Source: Trichodesmium erythraeum IMS101
Lineage (GTDB): Bacteria > Cyanobacteriota > Cyanobacteriia > Cyanobacteriales > Microcoleaceae
DNA: 32,000 nt
NCBI RefSeq assembly: GCF_000014265.1
Contig: NC_008312.1
Span: 2,730,001-2,762,000 of the forward strand
Direction: 5' to 3'
In this document: positions 17,758 to 28,811 of the stretch, in pieces
Layout of the letters: each line of letters opens with the position of its first letter
Numbering within the stretch: position 1 is the first letter of the stretch
Program-made: the position numbers and the translations under genes
The notes under the pieces: generated by a model
Seen by the model: the letters and a program-made list of their open reading frames with translations, nothing else
Told to the model about the DNA's origin: nothing
The model's database searches: none

Positions 17758-18041
17758 GAATATGTTAGGTGTTTTTGTTAATTTACATTTCTATTGAATG
17801 AATTATATGCAGACAAAAATATAATTGCTGTTAGCCTGCAACTACGGACAAGTTGACAATCTTCTATTAGATAGAATAATTCTGTCTTAACGCCGTTTCC
17901 TGATTATTATTACATTGTTTTAACTTATACTCTTGATTGTCAAGAAATGTAAACAAAAGGATTTTGAATTAATAGAAAAAACATATTATTATATCACAAT
18001 AAAACTGTGATATAAACTAAACTCAATAGAAAATCTTAGGT

Positions 18042-18356
18042 GTGGATATGAAGGGCGAAGAATTATATCAATTATTATTCGAAAAGTGGGGTAAGTCTTA
18101 TGATGTTCAAATACGGCGGATAAAGGACAAAATATTTGTGCAGGTGATGTGGAAGTATTTGGAACAAGCATCCTTTCCTATGACAGAACCAGAATATTTA
18201 GCTCACTTAGATGATATAGCTACCTATATCAGTGGTTTTGGTAGCGTAGAAACTGTCAGGAATTATATTGAAAATACAAAGGAAAGACCAAGACTAGGCA
18301 AGGCCGTTAGTATTCCTTTAGATCTAGGCGAGAGAGCATCAGAATGGATGTTGTAG
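18042..18356 (+). CDS. DUF3067 family protein
   Basis: LFEKWGKSYDVQIRR...FVQVMWKYLEQASFPMTEPEYLAHLD matches my recollection of DUF3067. The track start at 18042 is GTG. The ATG at 18048 is the more likely start. Confidence 0.75.
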   Translation: MDMKGEELYQLLFEKWGKSYDVQIRRIKDKIFVQVMWKYLEQASFPMTEPEYLAHLDDIATYISGFGSVETVRNYIENTKERPRLGKAVSIPLDLGERASEWML

Positions 18357-18619
18357 TGCTAACCAGAACTCAGAAGTCAAAAGTAATTCTTGAGTAAATT
18401 TGAGGGTTTATAAATGTCCCCACCCTATCTGCGTAGTGCGATAAAAAAATTCTGGTGTGACAGGAAAATAAAAACCCTACAAAATTTTTTAACCTATTGA
18501 TAAATCTTAATCTGATTATACTCAGACAACTTCTCTATGTCCATCACTACCCCTAGAACCAAAACTTAAAAATTGACATACTCCCGACATTAAATTAAAA
18601 GTTCGCCAGATAAGTTAAC

Positions 18620-18693
18620 CTACCCGACTCGTCTTCAGAACGGGACGTTAGACTTTCACCTCCCTCTCGGCTCCTCTCCCAGACGTCCTTTTT
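18620..18693. other. GC-rich, purine/pyrimidine-skewed structured island in an AT-rich desert (candidate ncRNA or RNA relic)
   Basis: GGACGT (18643-18648) pairs with ACGTCC (18683-18688), followed by TTTTT. The enclosed 27-nt pyrimidine tract (18654-18680) contains CACCTCC. Confidence 0.3.
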
Positions 18694-19714
18694 CATTAGT
18701 ATATCCTTCTATAAGAGTCAACATATCATCCACCTATAAATAGTTTCCGGTAAGTCCTGTCACCTTGGTTTTGACTAGTTATATTATCTAAGGCAGTTTT
18801 TGTATTGTGGCCTCAATGCAACATTTATGTATTCTTAAATGTTTTGTCACCAACTTCAGACCTTAGTGTTATGTCCTCTACTGAGGTTAGGTTAGTTAGT
18901 CTAAAATTAATCCACAAAATGCGCATTTATTCTTCTGCCATTTTCAAAGCGCGTTGTGACTTCTTTCCTTATGCCTAGATATTTAGCTACCCTATTCCAA
19001 TACGTCTAGTCACCATCTAATAGTGCTTTAATTACCTTTAACTTTGATGTACTTTATGATAGGTACATCTGAGTGTAGGTTCAATATATATTTCCCATAG
19101 TTAAATACCCAACTTCTGGTTTCTTTTACGTTTATATACTTACCTTTCATCCAGACACTAAATTAAAATTAGAGTGTTGGTCTTTTGGTAATTTTAGATA
19201 AAGGTCTGCTCAACTCCTTTAAAGTAAACAATATCTATTTATATGTGTTTTCCCTGACTTTCTGATTTAATTGGCCGGGAAGAATAATTACTTAACTTTG
19301 ATATTTGTAGAATTTTATATACCGATACTCACGTATAATATTACTTGTAATTTTGCTACTTACAATAGACTCAACTTTTGCCTAATATGGTTTTTATCAA
19401 AGCCCAACATATTCAGTTTTATTAATTTTTATTTGGAATTATTAAGCCTTCAGCTTGACCCTTATGATGGCCCACTTATTCTTAAACGTTCAAGAATTCT
19501 TGTAAGAGTTTTTTTGAGGCCACAATTCTCCACTCACTCTCCATTCTTTCTAAAACTTTCTTTAATTGTCTTGGTTCTTCTTCTCAGCAGTTTTTGAGCC
19601 GAGCTTTTTTTTGTGAATTAAGGCTAATAAAATTTACAACCATACTCTACAACACCAAGCATATTCTACAGGTCAACTTGTAACAGAAAAAAGTAGTATA
19701 AGAATCAGTGACTT

Positions 19715-19807
19715 ACTAAGTATTTATAGTATGTAGATATAGAGCCTATTCATTAACTTTTCTCATTCCTCAAATTCTCAGAAAAATATTAAGTATAAAT
19801 ACTTAGT
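19715..19807. repeat. 93-nt element with 14-bp perfect terminal inverted repeats
   Basis: ACTAAGTATTTATA (19715-19728) and TATAAATACTTAGT (19794-19807). Confidence 0.65.
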
Positions 19808-19935
19808 CTTAATTCTTGACTCCATATTGACCACTATGTTTTTTTCCTAACTTCTGAATTCTGATTCCTGATTTTATATTACATCTTGTATTATATATGT
19901 AGGTTAAAATTATTGTAGCGGGAGCATCCTACCAG

Positions 19936-19973
19936 ACAGAATTTGTACCTCACTCTTACGCAGGAAATTCTGT
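19936..19973 (-). terminator. hairpin immediately after the tocopherol cyclase stop
   Basis: ACAGAATTT (19936-19944) pairs with AAATTCTGT (19965-19973), abutting the stop codon at 19975-19977. There is no clear U tract. Confidence 0.35.
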
Positions 19974-19974
19974 A

Positions 19975-21057
<1,083 letters not shown>

Positions 21058-21111
21058 TTATTAATTTTGTAGAAATTATTAAGGTTTTTTTTATGACTTT
21101 GGTAGCGATCG

Positions 21112-21145
21112 CATTGTTTTATAAATATTGTTTTATAAATATTGT
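21112..21145 (+). repeat. 2.4 x 14-nt tandem repeat ATTGTTTTATAAAT upstream of the tocopherol cyclase gene
   Basis: Units at 21112-21125 and 21126-21139, partial unit at 21140-21145. The array lies 61-94 nt upstream of the start at 21051 and is preceded by a HIP1 site. Confidence 0.8.
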
Positions 21146-21303
21146 GCCATCGCAGTCAATAGTTAATATTATATTGAGCTATCTAGGAGGAGCCATCTGA
21201 GGGATAACTCTCTAAAGGAAGTAAAAATATCTTCTTTTCAATAATCATACTTTCTAAGCTTTACCAATACTTTTGATATTTAGTATAAGACAATTTAAAT
21301 ACA

Positions 21304-22452
21304 TTATTGAGGAATAATTTCTGTCACTACATTACTATTACCACCTTGAATAATAACTGTGTCATTTTTGAGTTGCCCCACTGCTCGAAGACCCCTAACA
21401 TTAAATGGTGGATCCACTTGACGATAAAATACATTACCCTCTGCTTCAAAAGTTTGATTATTCAAATACCAAGTTAGGCGATCGCTATTTAATTGAGCTT
21501 GATTTTCTTGCCCAATACCAACCACATCTCCTGATAAAACAAAAACATTTTTCTGAAAATTTCCTTGACCTTTATTAGCTTGTAAAACTACTTTTTCTCC
21601 TTGTTCTAATACCCTTATCGGTCCTGGTGAATCAATCAAATCTTGTGGCATATTCCAAATCATCAAATCACTACTTATTTGTATTTTTGGGTCAATTCGG
21701 AGTAGCTGTACATTTTTCTTCATAGTAGCTATTTTACTTTCTAAATTAAACTCTGATTCTTCACCATAAGCTATGCCAATAACTTGTTTATCTTTTAATT
21801 CTTCTATTTTTATTGGTTTATTAGCAATCAATTTTTTTTGATCTACCTCCCAAAATAACTGGTCGGTTTTTATTTTAACCACAGGTTCTTTAAACATAGC
21901 TACCACTTGACCATAAAACTCTACTCTTTTTTCTAGACTAATAACTTTTGCCATTTGAGCTGATGCTTGTAACTGTTCATTATTACCTGTTATATTGTTG
22001 CGAACAATAATTATTCCTGGTTCAGTTAACCATTCTAACTGTTGTCCTCTGATAATTATTTTATTTTGGATATCATATACTTCTATTTCTTCTATAAGTA
22101 AAATTTTGTCTCCATCTTGATATACCTCTCCTTGTAATGCAGTAATTTTATATGCTAACCTTCCATCTCGAAATAATTCACCTTCTGGTTTAGTAACTCT
22201 AACTAATTCTTGATTTTTTACATACGAAGCTCGTTTAGATTTTACCCGCCACAACATTTCACCTGCTTCAGACGCTTCTTCAAGAGTAACATCATTTAAG
22301 GTTAAATCACTTTCTATCGCTTCATTAGAAATAGATTTTTCAGGAATATTTTCTTGATTACAACCAGTTATTCCTATAAATAAATTCACCAATATTAATA
22401 AAATTATTGATGACTTTTGGAAATAAAAATAATCATTATTTGGTATTTTCAT
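21304..22452 (-). CDS. LptC/OstA-like periplasmic lipoprotein (LPS export related)
   Basis: Hydrophobic N-terminus with lipobox ITGC. Long beta-rich sequence with repeated D/G turns, like the ~380-aa cyanobacterial proteins annotated LptC (DUF1239). Family assignment is from recollection. Confidence 0.5.
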   Translation of the reverse strand: MKIPNNDYFYFQKSSIILLILVNLFIGITGCNQENIPEKSISNEAIESDLTLNDVTLEEASEAGEMLWRVKSKRASYVKNQELVRVTKPEGELFRDGRLAYKITALQGEVYQDGDKILLIEEIEVYDIQNKIIIRGQQLEWLTEPGIIIVRNNITGNNEQLQASAQMAKVISLEKRVEFYGQVVAMFKEPVVKIKTDQLFWEVDQKKLIANKPIKIEELKDKQVIGIAYGEESEFNLESKIATMKKNVQLLRIDPKIQISSDLMIWNMPQDLIDSPGPIRVLEQGEKVVLQANKGQGNFQKNVFVLSGDVVGIGQENQAQLNSDRLTWYLNNQTFEAEGNVFYRQVDPPFNVRGLRAVGQLKNDTVIIQGGNSNVVTEIIPQ

Positions 22453-23594
22453 AAATAGCTTATTATAATTAGATAATCTTACTCAGGATACTTTTTATAT
22501 ACATCCAAAATAAAGACTAGGGAATATCAGTAGTAGAATAGAGAACAAAAAAAATATTTAATCAGTTGTAAATTTTCACCACATTTTTTTTACAACTTAA
22601 AAAATAAAACCCTTATTACTTATTACTTGTGACTTACTAAAACGGATTTTAAATTTGCATACGCTTACCCCATTATTTGTAGCACATTAATTACTCAATC
22701 GACTGTATTTCTTATTTTTTTTGCCACTTTTCTCAAGGTAAGCAACCACTAACAAGATATGTAATCAAGATTCTATAGTAATACGCGCAATAGTTGTGGC
22801 AAAATTCGATACTAAAAAAGTTTAAGAAAATTGAATATTTGACCATAGCACAAAAATTTAAAATCACTTAACTCTTTTCAAATAACTGGAAAGATGATCA
22901 AATTGTCTGATAAAATTTCTGACTTGTAAACAAATATCCTTAACAAGGTTTTTCTCCAGGGCATTCGGATAAAACTTTCTACAATTTATCAACCATTCTT
23001 CCTCTAATATATCTTGATTAATTATCATCAAATATTGTCAGAATTATATCAAATTATGATAACTTACTCCGTCCAAATATTATCAATCTTTTCCCAGGAA
23101 TTTTCTGTAGTAAATATTTAATAAATTCAATAGTATTTTCAGTATTTATGCTGATTTTATTTCACAATAAATTCTTTGCTTTGATAGTCTAATTTTCTAT
23201 AGTAAGTCGTCCTTTATAAATTATTTTTAATGGGAATCTATATTTTTTTATCTATTATTATCCAAACCTAATACTAATATATCTTCCCCATAGAAAATGA
23301 CATTTCTCAATCATCAACCCTGTAAGCTTTAGTTATATTTAAATAAAAATCAAGGAAAGTTTTGATCATAAGCACAAACTTTTTCCAGCTTTTAGATGGA
23401 TAATGCTCAGTTTTAAAACTTTCCTTTTAATGAGTAATATTTAAATTTTGTTTTAACGCAACTATAAAATTTAGTTCACAAAATATTCTAGGTATTAATA
23501 TGCTAATTTCAAGAAAAATTAACACTACTTTTACATTGATTACTATTCTAAAATTTGCCGATTTTTCCAATTTAAACTAAAGCAAATATTATCT

Positions 23595-24209
23595 TTAATC
23601 ATGTTCATCAATTAAACCTATCGCTGATAGAGGACGATAAGTATAGCTAGGAGATTTTGAAGTTTTTTGGATGTCTTCTTTAATTTGTTCCAGATCTATA
23701 TAGCGGTCAGAAACATTAATTAAACTATCGCTAGTCATAGCTCTAAGACTAACAACTTCAACCCTAACACCTCTATAACTAACAGCATCTACAGCATAAG
23801 CTAAATCTCCATCTCCACTGACTAATATAGCAGTATCATAAGAACCAACTAAAGCCATCATATCAACAGCAATTTCTACATCTAGATTAGCTTTTTTAGA
23901 ACCATCAGGTAATTGTACTAAGTCTTTAGAAATAACACGATAACCATTACGACGCATCCACAGCAAAAACCCCTGCTGTTTTTCATTAGTACGATCTACT
24001 CCCGTATAGAAAAAGGAACGTAGAAGACGAGAACCTCCAGTTAGACGACAAAGAAGTTTTGTATAATCTATCTCAATTCCTAACTGTAAAGCAGCATAAA
24101 ATAAGTTAGATCCATCAATAAAAATGGCTACTCTGCCACGATTTTCTAGAATTTGTTCTGGTGTAAATATTTCATTACACTCTATTTGTATCTGTTGATT
24201 ATTCAACAT
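23595..24209 (-). CDS. NYN domain (LabA/DUF88-like) protein
   Basis: RVAIFIDGSNLFYAA, DVEIAVDM and ILVSGDGDLAYAV motifs, typical of NYN/LabA-like PIN-fold proteins. Confidence 0.8.
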   Translation of the reverse strand: MLNNQQIQIECNEIFTPEQILENRGRVAIFIDGSNLFYAALQLGIEIDYTKLLCRLTGGSRLLRSFFYTGVDRTNEKQQGFLLWMRRNGYRVISKDLVQLPDGSKKANLDVEIAVDMMALVGSYDTAILVSGDGDLAYAVDAVSYRGVRVEVVSLRAMTSDSLINVSDRYIDLEQIKEDIQKTSKSPSYTYRPLSAIGLIDEHD

Positions 24210-24327
24210 GGTTTTTAACCTCAGTTTTTTATTAAATAAAAAAAATTAATTCTTAATCAGAGATAATTTGTAACAGAAAAAAAGCTATGCAGTAGAAAAG
24301 GGTACAATTATATTTTTAAGCAAAGGT

Positions 24328-25920
24328 TTATATCATATCTATTCTTTGAAAAATAGGTTGAGGTTGCCCTAGAAGTTGATTTCCTGGTAAAGCTCCCCAA
24401 CTTACTTGTTTCACAAAAGTTTCTGAACTATTAATTGCTGATTTATCATTAAAGTTATTTGAGAAACCTAGTTGTTGATAGATAGCATTGCTAATATTGG
24501 GAATAATTGGTGACAAAAGATAGGCCACTAATCTAACAGACTCCAACACAGAATATAAAACTTCTGTTAAGGCTTCTAATTGGCCTTGTTTATATAAACT
24601 CCATGGAGCAGTTTCGTCTATATATTTATTGCCAGTTCTGACTAAAATTAATACAGCTTCACAAACTTGACTAAAGTCTAAAGAAGTGTAAGCTTGGGTA
24701 ACTTTTTCACCCAAACCCATGCCTATTTTTTTGAGTGGATGGGTAACTTCTACCTCCTGAACATTAATTTTAGGAATTTGACCATTGAAGTATTTATGAG
24801 CCATTTTCAGAGTACGATTTAGTAAATTACCTAAGTCGTTTGCTAAGTCAGCATTTAGTACATTGATAAAGCGGTTTTCATTAAAATCTCCATCAACTCC
24901 AAATTCGATTTCTTTGAGAAAATAGTAACGAACTGCGTCAGACCCGTATTTTTGGATTAATTCAAAAGGATCTAAAGTGTTATTTAGGGATTTACCCATC
25001 TTCTTCCCATCTTTAGTTAGAAATCCATGTCCAAATACACGTTCAGGTAGAGGCAAATCTGCTGACATTAGCATTGCTGGCCAATAAACAGCATGGAAGC
25101 GTAATATATCTTTCCCAATTAGGTGCAAATTAATCGGCCACCATTTCGATAAAGCATTCTCTAGAGTTGGTTCACTATCAGGATCTAAAAGGGCTGTAAC
25201 ATAACCTAATAGAGCATCAAACCAAACATAGATAGTATGACTAGAATCAACAGGTAGTTTAAAAGCCCAATCCACATTAACTCTAGAGATTGAGAAGTCT
25301 TGCAATCCTTGGTTTACAAAACTTAAGACTTCATTCCTACGGCTTTGGGGTTGAATAAATTCCTGCCTATCTTGGTAGAAAGCTTGTAGTCGTTCCTGAT
25401 ACCTGGAGAGACGAAAGAAATAGTTCTGCTCATCGCGCCATTCTACTTTTTGGTTGGTATGAATAACACAATGTTTATCTTCGGTAAGTTCCCGCTCTTC
25501 TTTAAATTCCTCACAAGATACGCAATACCATCCTTTTTGCTGACTTAAGTAGATATCCTCTTTTTCCCAAACTCTTTGGAAAAATTCTTTGACAATTTTT
25601 TCGTGGTTAGGTGCAGTAGTACGAATAAAACGGTCATATTGAATATTTAGTTGTTCCCAAAGAGATTCAAATCCTCTAACTACTGAGTCACAGTGTTCTT
25701 TAGGGTTTCTTCCTTTATTTTCAGCTGTTCTTTGAATTTTCTGGCCATGCTCATCTGTACCAGTAATCATCAACACCGATCTACCTTGTAGCCTTTGAAA
25801 ACGAGCTAACGTATCAGCAGCAATAGTTGTATAAGCACTACCTATATGTGGTAAATCGTTAACATAGTAAAGGGGAGTTGTAATTGCAAAAGTGTTTTTA
25901 TCTGTATACATGTTTTTCAT
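24328..25920 (-). CDS. metG: methionine--tRNA ligase
   Basis: HIGS (HIGH-type) motif in TTPLYYVNDLPHIGSAYT, KMGKS (KMSKS-type) motif, zinc-knuckle CVSCEEF...HCVIH. Confidence 0.95.
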   Translation of the reverse strand: MKNMYTDKNTFAITTPLYYVNDLPHIGSAYTTIAADTLARFQRLQGRSVLMITGTDEHGQKIQRTAENKGRNPKEHCDSVVRGFESLWEQLNIQYDRFIRTTAPNHEKIVKEFFQRVWEKEDIYLSQQKGWYCVSCEEFKEERELTEDKHCVIHTNQKVEWRDEQNYFFRLSRYQERLQAFYQDRQEFIQPQSRRNEVLSFVNQGLQDFSISRVNVDWAFKLPVDSSHTIYVWFDALLGYVTALLDPDSEPTLENALSKWWPINLHLIGKDILRFHAVYWPAMLMSADLPLPERVFGHGFLTKDGKKMGKSLNNTLDPFELIQKYGSDAVRYYFLKEIEFGVDGDFNENRFINVLNADLANDLGNLLNRTLKMAHKYFNGQIPKINVQEVEVTHPLKKIGMGLGEKVTQAYTSLDFSQVCEAVLILVRTGNKYIDETAPWSLYKQGQLEALTEVLYSVLESVRLVAYLLSPIIPNISNAIYQQLGFSNNFNDKSAINSSETFVKQVSWGALPGNQLLGQPQPIFQRIDMI

Positions 25921-26254
25921 AGAGAATCAGGCTTAAATACTTTTGATTTGAACTAGCAATGGTAATAATCATAATGAGTTTAGTAGTACTAACCTCGAAT
26001 AATTTACTACGATGGCTAATTACTTGTTCACTTACCGTAAGCATTCATCTAGCTTGCATTTAGCTTTTCCTAGGTTATAGTATGCAAACAGTTTTGAACA
26101 TATTTAAGCAACTACTAAAGAAGAAGGATTTTATTATTTATACAAGTTAAACTTTTTAAATTCCATATCATCTGAGTTCTGTAAAAAAACTCTGGACTTG
26201 ATAGAAAACCCATTCTATCAGACGAACTTAATTCATAACTTGATCATTCTTGTT

Positions 26255-26343
26255 AGAAACTAATTCCTCCTAGGGTGTGGTAATGAGTTAATATCTCATA
26301 ATTCATAACTCATAGCTCATAATTAATAGCTCATAGCTGATGG
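26255..26343 (-). repeat. inverted copy of the composite heptamer module seen at 2571-2791
   Basis: Seven heptamers at 26295-26343 (ctcataa ttcataa ctcatag ...). Their reverse complement reads CAGCTAT GAGCTAT .. GAGTTAT. The TTAACTCAT box and AGGAATTAGT box (reverse complement of 26256-26270) also match 2740-2775. Confidence 0.6.
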
Positions 26344-27991
26344 GTGAACGCTTACCACTGTCCTAAAAATTTTTAGATGATTCCCTCGTCAGAATATAAT
26401 CACCCATCGTAACATTAATGCTTTTATGTTGTTGTTATAAAATTTCTCAAAGAAATCTTAACTTTTGGGATTTTGATATTATTATTCTTACAAGAGACTA
26501 TTTATTTATTTAAAGTCTAGAATTGAATCTCTAGTTAGAAGCAAAATGGCGAAGCAAGCCAATAATATACTGTTAATTTACCGTTTATTCTTAGAAATGA
26601 TTAGTAGTAGAACTTTTATTGCACATAAATACCAAATTCCTTTACAACTGAGTCCTGGTATTTCTAGGTAATAAGCTAATTTTATGGACTTTTTGTGACT
26701 TAAAGTAGCCTTTATAGTCCTACAGGCAAGCTATATTAGGAGTTACGATAATTGAAGACAGAAAAAACTCAAGAGTTTTAAGTAATTTCTGACTAAATTT
26801 TTATATTTAGCAATGTCCTATTAAAAGTCATAAGTTATATCATCCTATTCATAGAAAAAAGCATTTCTTCCAATAGACAATACAACTAATGCAAGCTCAG
26901 AAAATATTGGGGATTTTTTGCTGAAGGTACTACCTCTATGGTAAAGCACTAAACGCAAAGCAAAAGTCAAAAATACAAATGTCAAAAATAATCAAATCAT
27001 TTATGACTTAGTTTGATAATTTAGAAATATCCGTGCCCTTTGCTTATATTATGATAGTATTTATTACTCCTAATTTTATTAGGTAATTTTTGATTTCAGG
27101 ATTTGCTCATTGTTTTTATGGGAGTGCTAGTCTCAAATTTGGCAATATTATCAGTAGTTTTTTGGTTTATTATGGTGAGCAGTTAGTTTATTAAAGAATA
27201 CTCTTAAAAATTGTTAAGTTTTTTTAATTATTCACAACCTTTGTTTAATCAATCATCGATAGGACCCTACAGTAGTTGATAAATCCTCTAATATTATGTT
27301 TTATTCATTTGGGGTAATAAGTTCACACCGTCGGAATATCAAAATAAATATGCTAAATACCTAGTTAATTATATAATATCAAACCTGGTAGTTTTAATAT
27401 AAAAAAAGTATATTTCATTCGTTTAAAGTATTAAGTGTCCTACTATGGTAACATTCACCTTCCATAAACCCAGTAATTTCTCGTAATACTCTATTTGAAT
27501 CGGAGATTTATTCTAAATTATTATGTAAGCTAATAAATTACTAACTTGTTGGCAAAAATCTATGTTTATTCCTTGAATATGTGTGATTTTTAGAAGTTTG
27601 GCTTATATTTTTATTTTAGGGAATAACAAAAAAAATTACCCTTACTTATGTAGAAATTGAATGATTAAATAATTAAATAATTTGATTTTTTTGTTGATTA
27701 TATTAACTAAAAGATTACTACTTCTTAAATAAGAAGATTATGTCGGGTAACATCGTTTGCATATAAAATAAAGTCATAATTGTCAAAAACTATTTGGCAT
27801 TTATACCTTTTTCCCTCTGGCTTTCTTATACTAAAGTTAAATATTCAAAGGGATATGATATAATTGATAAATTCAAAAAAAAACAATAAAAGTCTCAATC
27901 TTGAGTATAAATTGAATAATAACTTACTTAGATATATCAACTGTTAGTTATTAATTTATCAATCATTACTAATTTATATCTGTATTTAATC

Positions 27992-28780
27992 ATGCAAGTG
28001 GCAAGTGGTAAAATTAGTTTTTTAAGACCAACTCCCTTTCAACCAGAATTACCTCTGTTTGTTTTCCTATGTGCTATGGATGGTACAGGTAAATTGTTGC
28101 GATCGCAAATCTCTAGCTTATCAACTGGTTTCGATATTCGATGTCTGAGTATCCCACAAAATGATTTATCGACTTGGGAACAATTATCAGAGAAAACAAT
28201 AAACCTAATTAAAATTGAACAAAAAGCAGCACCTAAAAGACCTGTTTATTTATGTGGAGAATCATTTGGAGGGTGTTTAGCACTAAAAGTTGCCTTAAAT
28301 ACTCCTGAATTATTGGACAAACTAATTTTAGTTAATTCAGCCACTTCATTTAGCCAACAACCTATAGTAAAATATGGATCATATCTCACCCAATATCTAC
28401 CAAGCTATTTATATCAATTATCTGTAACAGCAACTCTACCCTTTTTAGGCGCTTTAGGTCGAATAAGACCAGAGGAGTGTCAAGCACTACTCAAAGCTAT
28501 GCAGTCAGTTTCTCAGAAAACAGCTATCTGGCGGTTTGAACTAATGCGCTCATTCCAGGTCAAGAAAAATCAACTAAAAAATTTCCCAAAATCTACATTA
28601 ATTATTGCCAGCGCTGCAGACAGACTTTTACCTTCAATATCACAAGCTAAGTTTTTAGTCAAATATTTGCCCAAAGCTGAAATGGTTATTCTCCCAAATA
28701 GTGGTCACGCCTGCTTACTAGAAGCAGACGTAGACCTTTATAAAATTATTCGAGACCAATGGGGCAGTAATTTGGTTTAA
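27992..28780 (+). CDS. alpha/beta hydrolase
   Basis: GESFGG nucleophile elbow, C-terminal SGHACLLE. Confidence 0.8.
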   Translation: MQVASGKISFLRPTPFQPELPLFVFLCAMDGTGKLLRSQISSLSTGFDIRCLSIPQNDLSTWEQLSEKTINLIKIEQKAAPKRPVYLCGESFGGCLALKVALNTPELLDKLILVNSATSFSQQPIVKYGSYLTQYLPSYLYQLSVTATLPFLGALGRIRPEECQALLKAMQSVSQKTAIWRFELMRSFQVKKNQLKNFPKSTLIIASAADRLLPSISQAKFLVKYLPKAEMVILPNSGHACLLEADVDLYKIIRDQWGSNLV

Positions 28781-28811
28781 CTAGGAACAGATAGAGTATC
28801 TGCTGAAATAT

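Noticed and set aside
17989-18171. 60-aa minus-strand ORF overlapping the DUF3067 start.
   Set aside because: It overlaps a gene with a clear conserved family signature on the plus strand, and its own translation is not protein-like.
18620-18693. Calling the GC island a group II intron domain V or a cobalamin riboswitch.
   Set aside because: Only linear similarity to the consensus. When I tried to fold it, the domain V helices did not pair (only a 4-bp GAAA-capped stem plus mismatches). No GUGYG 5' end (CRCAC on the plus strand) and no RT ORF is present in the desert. The B12 box GCCACUG is absent and no downstream same-strand gene exists. I keep it only as an unexplained structured island.
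19271-19597. 108-aa ORF in the 18357-19974 desert.
   Set aside because: Extremely Phe/Leu/Ile/Asn-rich, as expected from translating AT-rich DNA. It starts at a non-ATG codon and has no recognisable domain.
27118-27186. Annotating the 22-codon hydrophobic ORF as a small photosystem or cytochrome b6-f subunit, or as a type I toxin.
   Set aside because: The sequence does not match PetG/L/M/N, Psb30, PsaM or other small subunits that I recall. There is no ribosome-binding signal and no evident antisense RNA partner. I mention it only within the desert finding.
28788-28802. CAGATA-gag-TATCTG hairpin between the convergent hydrolase and DUF2996-like genes, as a bidirectional terminator.
   Set aside because: Only a 6-bp AT-rich stem with a 3-nt loop and no flanking U/A tracts. 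Too weak to call.
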